The position numbers and the translations under genes were made by a program. Source: Octopus sinensis (taxonomy: Eukaryota). Taken from it: a stretch of 64,000 nt of DNA. Below are positions 53,735-64,000 of the stretch, in pieces. Under the pieces are notes generated by a model that saw nothing but the letters and a program-made list of their open reading frames with translations, was not told the DNA's origin and searched no databases. The stretch covers positions 132,556,001 to 132,620,000 of the forward strand of contig NC_043001.1 in NCBI RefSeq assembly GCF_006345805.1. Reading direction: 5' to 3'. Numbering within the stretch: position 1 is the first letter of the stretch; the number at the start of each line of letters is the position of its first letter.

Positions 53735-54945
53735 ATATATCTACTATTAGTGTTGCTTAATATGTTTTGCTACAATTGCTGTTTATTTTCAAATATCATT
53801 AGCAAAAAGTAATTAAAATTCATTAAAATGACAGATCTATCGGGCTATCAAAGAGATCAAATTGTTGGTGTTCATATGGCAGGCACTAGCATAATGAAAA
53901 CAGCTGAAATGTTTCGAGTATCAAGAAGCACTGTCTCAAATGTAATGACAGCTTTTGAGAAATACGGAAAAACCTCCTCGTCAAAGCAAAACTCTGGAAG
54001 AAAACCAAAACTTTCAGATAGGGACCGTCAGACTCTTATGCGAATTGCTAGAAAGGATCACAAAAGTACAGGTCCCAAAATTACTGCAGAGCTTAATGAC
54101 CACCTTGAGAACCCAGTTTCCACAAAAACTGTTCGCCGGGAGCTGCTCAACTCCAGCTTTCACAGGAGGGGCTGCAATCAGAAAACCACTACTTTCAAAA
54201 GCAAGCGTTTCACAGTGTTTAGAGTGGAGTAAAATCCTACAGAATTGGTCCCTAAAGCACTGCAAGAACATTGTTTTCTCGAACAAGTCATCATTTACCT
54301 TATTTCTGATCACCGGCTGAGTATACGTGCAGAGACAGCCAAAAGAATCGTTTGACCCAGACTGCCTTCTTCTAACTGTTAAACATGGAGGAGGATCTGT
54401 GATGATCTGCGGGTCTATATCTTGGAAATCCACCGGCCCAATGGTTTCCCTTCACTGACAGAATTAATAATCAAGATAATTTAAGCATTTTATCTGATCA
54501 AATTCATCTTATAGTTGCGGAACTGTTTCGAGAAGGAAACAAAATCTTTCAGGATGATAATGCACCAATTCACACAGCTAAAGCTGTTACTGAATGGGAC
54601 GATGAACATTCTAGTGAAGTTGAACATATTTATCTGGTCACCACAGTCCCCAGATCTCAATATTATTGAACATTTATGGTGCATTTTAGAAAAAGTAAGG
54701 AGTTGATATCCTCCAACAACAATCACTTTGAGAACTGGAGACTGTTTTCACTGAAGAATGGGCAAAAATTCCTTTCGAAACAATTCAAGTAGAAATTTGT
54801 ACATAGAAATTTGTAGCTAGTAGAAATACAACTTTGTACCAAGTAGAAATTCAAGCTGTAATTGCTGCCAAAGGCAGTGCTACCATATATTAAACTAGAA
54901 TTGTTTGAAATTTTAAGGTGCTTCCATTATTTTGTCTAACCATCG
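53735..54945 (+). mobile_element. Tc1-like transposon relic (HTH plus DDE), frameshifted
   Basis: RSTVS..M..F.KYG...NSGRKPKLSDRD, FQDDNAPIH and WSPQSPDLNIIEHLW; right end resembles a Tc1 TIR at about 54915-54945. Confidence 0.92.
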
Positions 54946-55200
54946 TATATACACACACATATATATATATATATACACATATATGCATACATATATATGT
55001 ATATACATACATATATATGTTTATATTTATATATATGTATTTGTATATGTATACATATATAAATATATATACATATATATATAATATTATATATATATAT
55101 CTGTATATGTATGCATATATAAATATATATACATATATATATATGTAATATATACACACACAACACACAACAATATATATATTCATATATATACATACAC

Positions 55201-55231
<31 letters not shown>

Positions 55232-55341
55232 ATATATATAACACACACATACATATATATATATATACATACATATACATTCATATGTATACATATATAT
55301 ATGTATATCTATCTATCTATATATATATATCTATACGTAAG

Positions 55342-58300
55342 TATCATCATCATCATCATCATCGTCGTTTAACGTCCGTTCTCCATGCTAGCATGGGTTG
55401 GACGGTTCGACCGGGGTTCTGGGAAGCCAGAAGGCTGCACCAGGCTCCAGTCTAATTTGGCAATGTTTCTACAGCTGGATGCCCTTCCTAACGCCACCAC
55501 TCCGTGAGTGTAGTGGGTGCTTTTTACGTGCCACCTGCACAGGTGCCAGGCGGGGCTGGCAACGGCCACCGTCAGATTGGTGTATTTTATGTGCCACCGG
55601 CACGGAAGCCAGTCGAGGCGGTGCTGGCATCGGCCACGAGTCGGATAGTGCTTTTTACGTACCACCAGACCAGGGATCCTGGCTGGTTCAATTCGATTTC
55701 GATTTCGCTTGCCCCAACAGTCTTCACAAGCAAAGGGGGTTGGCAAGGGTGCCTGTCGTACGGTCGCATTGGAGTATTTTACGTGCCACGGCCACGAGTC
55801 GGATAGTGCTTTTTACGTACCACCAGGCCAGGGATCCTGGCTGGTTCAATTCGGGTTCGATTTCGATTTCGATTTCGCTTGCCCCAACATGTCTTCGCAA
55901 GCATGGGGGGTTGGGATGGGTGTCTGTCGTCGGATGAGGTTCTATATCGACTTCGCTTGCCTCAACCGGTCTTTGTGTCCAAGGGAGGAAAGGCATTCAT
56001 AAGTGGCTGGGCTCACTTGTCCTGCCTGGTCTTCTCACGTACAGAATATTTCCAAAGGTCTCGGTCTCTGGTCATTTCCTCAGTGAGGCCTAAAGTTCGA
56101 AGGTCGTGCTTCACCACCTCGTCCCAGGTTTTCTGGGTCTACCTCTTCCACGGGTTCCCTCACTGCTAGGGATTGGCACTTTCTCACACACCTATCTTCA
56201 TCCATTCTCGCCACATGACCATACCAGCGCAATCGTCTCTCTTGCACACCACAACTGATGCTTCTTAGGTACAACATTTCTCTCAAGTGCTAACGCTCTG
56301 TCGAGTATGTACACTGACATTACACATCCATCGGAGCATACTGGCTTCATTCCTCACGAGCTTACGCATGTCCTCAGCAGTCACAGCCCATGTTTCGCTG
56401 CCATGTAGCATGGCTGTTCGTACACACGCATCATACAGTCTGCCTTTTACTCTGAGCGAGAGGCCTTTAGTCACCAGCAGAGGTAAGAGCTCCCTAAACT
56501 TTGCCCAGGCTATTCTTATTCTAGCAGTTACACTTTCAGCGCACCCACCCCCACTACTGACTTGGTCACCTAGATAACGGAAGCTATCAACTACTTCTAG
56601 TTTTTTCCCCCTGGAAAGTGACGGAAGTTGTTTTCTGCAGATTTTCGGAGGTTAATGCTCCCGAGCATCTGCCACCTACAAAAACTATCTTCCCAGTTAG
56701 CCTACCTTTGACATTGCTGCACCTCTTATGTGTCCATAGTTTACACTGGGTACATCTTATAGAGTTTCTACCTACACCTTTTCTACAGATCGAGCAGGGC
56801 CATCTTCCTGAAGATATTTGTGGATTGTCTACCTTTCTACTATTAGTACTTTGGTTTTAGCTAGGTTGACTCTAAGGCCCCTTGATTCTAAACCCTCCTT
56901 CCACACCTGGAACTTCTCCTCCAGTTCTGATAGTGACTCAGCAATAGAGCAAGGTCGTCAGCATAGAGGAGCTCCCAGGGACAGCCTGTCTTGAATTCCT
57001 CCGTAATTGCCTGGAGTACTATGATAAATAGGAGGGGGCTGAGTACTGAACCCTGGTGGACCCCAACCTCTACTTTGAATTCTTCTGTGTACATGTTGCC
57101 AACCCTAACCTTACTTACGGCATCTCTGTACATGGCTTGCACAGTCCTCACCAGCCATTCATCTATCCCTAGTTTCCTCATTGACCACCAGATAAGGGAT
57201 CGGGGGACCCTATCAAAAGCTTTCTCCATGTCAACGAAAGCCAGGTACAGGGGCTTATCTTTGGCTAGGTATTTCTCCTGCAGCTGCCTTACCAGGAATA
57301 TAGCATCAGTGGTACTTTTTTCCTGGCACGAACCCAAACTGCATCTCATCTAAACTAACTCTCTCTCTAATTAGTTGGGCTATGACCCTCTCCGTAACCT
57401 TCATTACTTGATCCAACAGCTTGATACCTCTGTAATTATTTGTATCTAGGGCATCACCTTTACCTTTGTAGCAGTTGACTAGTATGCTGCTGCACCAGTC
57501 ATTGGGTATGACTCCTTCGTGTATCACCTGGTGACTATACGGGTGACTAGGTTATAGCCGACACTGCCAGATATTTTGAGCATCTCTGCAGTAATTCCTG
57601 ATGGGCCTGGGGCTTTCCTGTCTTCATGCTTCTAATTGCCTTAGCTACCACGGAACTATCAACTCGGATAGCTGGTCCCTCTGTAGGGTCAACATTCGGC
57701 AGACTCTCTTTATCCCATTCATTTTCTCATTCAGTACCTTTCATAGTGGCGTCTCCAAGCTTCTCTCTTTGCATCCTCATTTAGCGCAAGTGAACCATCC
57801 TCCATGCGAACACATTTCTCTCCTACCACATCACGATTCTCTCTCATACACTGTCTTGCAACACGAATACCTCAAGTCTTTCATCCTCACGGCGCAGGAC
57901 ATTGGCAAATTTTCTCTTATCTGCTTCCCCTCTGGCTAGATAGACCTGTCTCCTAGCTTCCCTTCTGGCAGTCTGATACCCTTCCCTGCTAAGTATATTT
58001 ATACATATATATACATAAATATATATGAAACATTTCAAGTCTTTGGTCCTCATAACATAGAACATTGGCAAATTTTTTCTTATTTGCTTCCCCTCTGGCT
58101 AAATAAACCTGTCTCCTAGCTTCCATCCTGGAAATATGATACAGTTCCCTGCTACCACTTTTCTTCCAGTATTTCCATGCCTGTTTCTTTTCCCTAATGG
58201 CCCTGTCAACTACACTGTTACACCACCACGTTACCTTGGGTCAAGAGGGGACTTTGCACCATCCACAGATCTGGTTAGTAGCCCTCAACATGTTGTCTCA

Positions 58301-58950
58301 TAAGAACTTCCAGTTGTCTTCCACATCATGTGATGTTATATTCTCCTCTATTGCATCAAAAGCTTCCAGTACTATGTCTTTAAATTTCTGTCTATTTGCA
58401 GGATCCTTAAGCTTCCAGACCCTTCTTCTCCATACTAGTCGTCTTTTGGGCATCCATTTAGCCCCGATCCTGAAGCATCCATTTAGCCCTGATTCTGAAG
58501 TCACTAACAACTAATTTATGTTGTGGGGTGCATTCTTCACCTGGGAAAGTTTTGGCATTTATAAGTAGCCATCTTTCCTGTTTCCTGGCAACGATGTAGT
58601 CAATTTGACTAGTGTGTCCACCAGATCGTTAGGTGACTAGGTGACTGGCAGGTTTCCTGAAGTTAGTATTACAAACCATAAGATCATTTGCATCACAGAA
58701 CTCCAGCAGCCTGGTTCCCTCCTCATTGCGGGAACCAAAACCATAGCCACCATGTACGCCATGGAAGCTCCCTGCCTGTTGTCTACTATGTCCATTGAAG
58801 TCACCAGCCACAAAGAGAAGGTCTCTGTCATTCATTGACGAGGTAGTCTGCAAGAGGGTGTCATAAAGTTGGTCTTTCTGTTCATCAGGTAGCCCTGGTT
58901 GAGGGGCATAAGCTGAGATAATGGTTGCTAATACATGTTGCAGCACTAAT
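55342..58950 (-). mobile_element. Long RTE-clade LINE with APE endonuclease, RT and a 3' UTR ending in (GAT)n; frameshifted
   Basis: ISAYAPQ, VAGDFNGH and GSRNEEG (APE); FVDMEKAFDRVPR, GVHQGSVLSPLLF and LLYADDL (RT); RLRWYGHVARM and RGRPRKTW at the C-terminus. Confidence 0.95.
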
Positions 58951-58984
58951 GAATGTTTACAAAATGTTATAGGCATACATACCT

Positions 58985-59267
58985 GTGTTAGTTAGTTAGT
59001 TAGTTAATTTTTTGGCTCAAAAAGCAAAAAGCAAGGCCATGTAGGGGGACATGGAGTTATGTACAGGGTGGTGTTCATGTAAAGAGTTCAGACCACTTGT
59101 GGTCAAGGGAGACTTTGAACCAAGCGGTCGTCGGCATCTTCACTATCTCGTCCGGCAGCTTATTCCACAGATCCGCAACCCGGACGGAGAAAGCCCCTCT
59201 CCTTCGATTGAGAGGAAATCGTCGCAGATAGAGCTTTTCGGAGTGACCCCGCAGCTGACGCTCTGGA

Positions 59268-59270
<3 letters not shown>
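58985..59270 (-). mobile_element. CR1-group LINE 3' end with an (AACT)n tail
   Basis: LRGHSEKL...AFSVRVADLWNKLPDEIV...FKVSLD. Confidence 0.85.
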
Positions 59271-59316
<46 letters not shown>

Positions 59317-60322
59317 GCATGCGTGCATGTGTTCATGCATGTGTGTATAAGTTAACTTATAGTGTGTTGCCATTAATTTCTCACTCTTGTTCTTTTTTCA
59401 AACTTCCACCTCTGTCAAGTAACTCAAACATCCTCAGAATGTGTGAGTTACTTCCCTTAAACTGTGATACTGAAATTGCTGGGGGGGGGAGTTTAAAAAA
59501 CAAAACAATAATATTTTGAAGGTGAGGGAATCAAAACTGTAAAATCTATTTAGAGAGATTAAGATGCATCAATGAAGGAGTAATAGTGTTGGGGGAAGGG
59601 AATTGTGTATCTGTAACAGAATAAAGATAAAAGTAAGTGAATGATACAGAAAATTTGGAAGGAAGAAAAGGAAAGAAAATCTGAGGTGAAGCAATATGAA
59701 ATGTCAATATATATATGTGATTCTAGTCAAGTGAAGTTAATGCTTGTACAATACATGCTTTTCAAAATGTTGACATTTCTTGAATGTCTCTGATTTCGTG
59801 TTTAAATACAGGTCTTATTCATGAATGTATATTTTTAGGATTCTCCCCGTCTTTGTTCTGCAGAGGTTTTATTTTTTACTTCCAAACTTTTTCTGTAAAT
59901 ATTGTTATACAAACCTTTTCCTTTAATTCCCTGACATTGTGGTTCAATATTTTGTATTCTGTTTACTGTATGTTTAAAGGAGGGTTTATGAATATAAAAT
60001 CTTTATTTATATATATATATATGTAATTACACAAATACATGCATGCATATATACACATAGGTATATATCTTTTACACACACACATATACATATATATGTA
60101 TATGCAAACAGAAACTCACATATGCATAGAAACACATACACAGGTATATGATTATGTACAATTAATTAAATCTTAGAAATGCAAGAGCCATTAGTGCATC
60201 ATTTAAAATATTTTACAGTTTTTTTCTGGTTACCTACCCTCTACTTCAAAACTTGCATTGCATTTTATTCCTTTGGAGTCAGCAAATACACACATACATA
60301 AATACATACATAGATACACACA

Positions 60323-60369
<47 letters not shown>

Positions 60370-60429
60370 TTCATACATACATACATACATACATACATAC
60401 ATACATACATACATACATACATACATACA

Positions 60430-61190
60430 TTGAAGGGTATGCATTTGCAATCCAGGAACAGGAAATATCAACCAAGTACCTGATGCACAAAAGGGACAGA
60501 GATGCAGGAAAAGTAGGAAAATGTGACAACTGATGCAGACTTTGTGGAATTAACACTGAAGATATCACCTACATCATAAGCAGTTGTTGAAAAATGTCAT
60601 CACGGCATTATCTAACAATGAGACCTGATGTTATAGCTAGGACACTCTATAATAAAATCCATCAGAATGACAACCTTGAGGACAAAGAAATAAGAACCCA
60701 CAGTATGGTACAAGCCATAGCCACTCGTAATAAAAAGGAGTACTGGTGAAATTTTCGAGTGAAGACTTCAATAAAGTGTAAGCACAATAGGCCTGATATA
60801 ATGATTTAGGATAGAGAAGAGAAACTGTGCACAGTTGTGGAAATTAGCTGCCCAGTGGATGTTAACATAAAGCTGAAGATCAGTGAAAAGAGAATTACCT
60901 ATGATGAACTATTGAGAAATCTGAAGTTACTCTATCCAAATTACGAGTTCAGGTTTACACCTGTAATTATTGGGGCCCTGGGATATGTAACACACAGCCT
61001 AAATACCAATCTTGAGAAATTAACGCTTCTCAAAAACAGAAAGACTACAGATCCAATCCATCACTGGAACTGTAAAAATCTGCAAAACTTTCCAGAAGTT
61101 TATCATTTAAGTATATATGAGCATGTCTAGATATGCAAGTTTATGCATGAGAATACATACATAAAGCAAAACATACAAATCTGCATATGT
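60430..61190 (+). mobile_element. 5'-truncated RLE-type non-LTR retrotransposon (R4/Dong-like) within a (CATA)n array
   Basis: EGYAFAIQEQEI, a CRLCG..EDI.YI.SSC zinc knuckle, KHNRPDI, VEISCP, K..TYDEL and PVIIGALG. Confidence 0.85.
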
Positions 61191-61396
61191 ATATATACAT
61201 ACATACATATATACACACATACATACATACAAAAATACCCTGTCGATGATGTTAGAATTCCAATGAAGGAGCTTTGACTCTAGGTTAGAAACCAGGTCTT
61301 TCTCTATTGGATCTAGGTTAGAAAATGTCTCTTTTGCTAGTTGCAAGATATCTTGAAATAAAACTGAACCGTGACATACATACATACATACATACA

Positions 61397-61430
<34 letters not shown>

Positions 61431-61920
61431 CATACATACATACATACATACATACATACATACATGCTTACATACATACATGCATACATACATACATACA
61501 TACATACATCTGTAAAACTTTCCAGAAGTTTATCATTCAAGTATATATGAGCATGTCTAGATATGCAGGTATATGCATGAGGAGACATACATAAAACAAA
61601 ACATGCAAATCTGCACAGATACAAATATACATATAAGAATACACTGTTGATATTCTCTCTTTCTCTCTCTTACTTGTTTCAGTCATTTGACTGTGGCCAT
61701 GCTGGAGCGCCACCTTTAGTCGAGCATATCGACCCCAGGACTTATTCTTTGTAAGCCTAGTACTTATTCTAACGGTATCTTTTGCCGAACTGCTAAGTTA
61801 CGGGGACAAACACAGACACACAAACACCCACACACACACACACACAACACACATATATATATATATATAATATATATATATATATATTATATACATATAT
61901 ATACATATATATATATATAC

Positions 61921-61970
<50 letters not shown>

Positions 61971-62241
61971 TACGACAGGCTTCTTTCGGTTTCCGTCTAC
62001 CAAATCAACTCACAAGGCTTTGGTCGGCCCGAGGCTATAGTAGAAGACACTTGCCCAAGGTGCCACGCAGTGGGACTGAACCTGGAACCATGTGGTTCAT
62101 AAGCAAGCTACTTACCACACAGCCACTCCTATGCCTATTGTTGAAATTCCAACAAAGGAGCCTTGGATCTAGGTTAGAAAATGGCTCTTTTGCTAGTTGC
62201 AAGATATCTTGAAATAGAACTGAATAATGTTACTACATACA

Positions 62242-62272
<31 letters not shown>

Positions 62273-64000
62273 GTACATATGTATGTACATACATAACGTT
62301 ATTATTTAAAACAGTTTGGTTCATCTCCATGCAACTTAAGGTTTTGTAGGCTTCTTACAGAAACTTAGCTCATTACTGAGATTACTGAGCCTAAATGAGC
62401 TCAGTTTCAGTAAAATACAGTTTATGACACAGTTCCTCAGCAACTCTAAGGATCAGATTAAAGGATTTGATCATAAATTTATGTTTTTGGAATTGATGCA
62501 TGTTCTTGATCACATATCAATCTAGTAAACAAACCATCCATATTCTGCCCAAATATTTTACTTGTTTTATGTTCAAACTGGCCAAATTTGGCCTCTCACA
62601 CTTATCCTACAATGTTATTCTAAAAATACACAATCTCATCATGGAAACCTCAAAGATACAAGATAATGCATGATTAATTCACATAATTCCAGGTTCACTT
62701 TCACTGTCTTGTACATTGAGGACATGTCTTCTACTAGAGCTAGAGTTCTGAGCCGAGCAAACCCCTGTGAGTGGATTTGGTAGAAAGAAACAGAAAGAAG
62801 ACCATCATACATATATATGTGTGTATACATATGAATTTGTGTGTATTTTTGCATCTGTGTTTATCACCTCATTATCACTTGATAACCAGTGTTGGTATGT
62901 TTACGTCCCCATAACTTAGCAGTTTGGCAAGAGTCCAACAGAATAAGCACCAGGCTCTAAACACACACACACACATGCACACACACACACACACATACAC
63001 ACACACATGTACACACGCCAGCATTTACAAGCAGTAAATATTATTTACTAATCCTTTATAGGGAAGTTAAGACTTCCAGCCAGTTCAGAGTGTCCCTTTT
63101 GGTAACTGGTAGTACTGAGGGCAAAAAACGCTTCAAATGTGCCTACCAGTCCATAGGTCACACTCTGAACTGACTATGGTGTTTTTAACACCTTTTACCT
63201 AAAGCAAAAAATTTCTTAGTGGGAAACAGCTGGATGCCCTTCCTGATGCCAACCAGTTTATAAAATGCACTTATATATATATATATATATATATCATCAT
63301 CATCATCATCATCATCATCGTTTAATGTCCGTTTTCTGTGCTAGCACGGGCTGGATGGTTCGACCGGGGTCTGGGAAGCCAGGGGCTGCACCAGGCTCCA
63401 GTCTGATCTGGCAGTGTTTCTACAGCTGGATGCCCTTCCTAATGCCAACCACTCCGCGAGTGTAGTGGGTGCTTTTTACATGCCACCAGCACAAGTGCCA
63501 GGGGAGTCTGGCATCAGCTACGATTGGTTGGTGCTTTTATATATATATGAACTGGCACTCCATCACTTACAATGACTAGGGCTCCAATTGATCTGATCAG
63601 CAGAACAGCTTTACACATGGGATCAATATGCAAGCAGCTGAGCCTTACACGTTAAAGTCACACATACCCCCTTCAGATACTTCTCAGGGAGAATCAACAT
63701 GATACTGAATGTGACAAGAGTGGCCCCTTGAACTACAGGTACTACTCAGTTTTGCCAGCTGAGTGGACTGGAGCAACATGAAATAAAGTGTCTTGCTCAA
63801 GAATACAACATGCTGCTGGCAATCAAACTCATAACCCTACAATCTTGAGCTGAATACCCTAACCACTAAGCCACGTGCCTTCACACACACACACACACAC
63901 ATACACACACACATACACATACATATATAAATATATATACAATATACAACATATACATACACACATTTATATATGTGTATATATGTGTGCATATATAATG

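Noticed and set aside
63078-63175. Nested inverted repeat containing CTGAGGG...CTTCAAATGTG
   Set aside because: Too degenerate to call a hammerhead; it may be a MITE.

Overview
AT-rich, microsatellite- and transposon-dense eukaryotic DNA. The repeat content (tRNA-head SINEs, RTE 3' ends with (GAT)n tails, (TA)n/(CATA)n arrays) looks like an Octopus genome; this is inferred, not searched. The only host gene I can support is two minus-strand exons of a KIF17/OSM-3-like kinesin-2 stalk (14020-14129 and 6342-6498). The motor-domain exons are not visible, so most of the window appears to be intron. That intron holds RTE, CR1, R4/Dong-like and Penelope-like retroelements, Tc1/mariner/maT relics, Helitrons, MITEs and SINEs. 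Most ORF-track entries are microsatellite translations or TE fragments. The most interesting signal is a set of long inverted repeats, two families of which encode minimal type-I hammerhead ribozymes with non-canonical cores. One has a compensatory G3:C8 swap (16473-16523 and its mirror 16400-16450); the other has A9C plus an extra G (23.6-24.5 kb, 39.9 kb). A third, unmirrored family (22507-22547) has a near-canonical core. All structural calls were made by eye, and none of these ribozymes has been shown to cleave.
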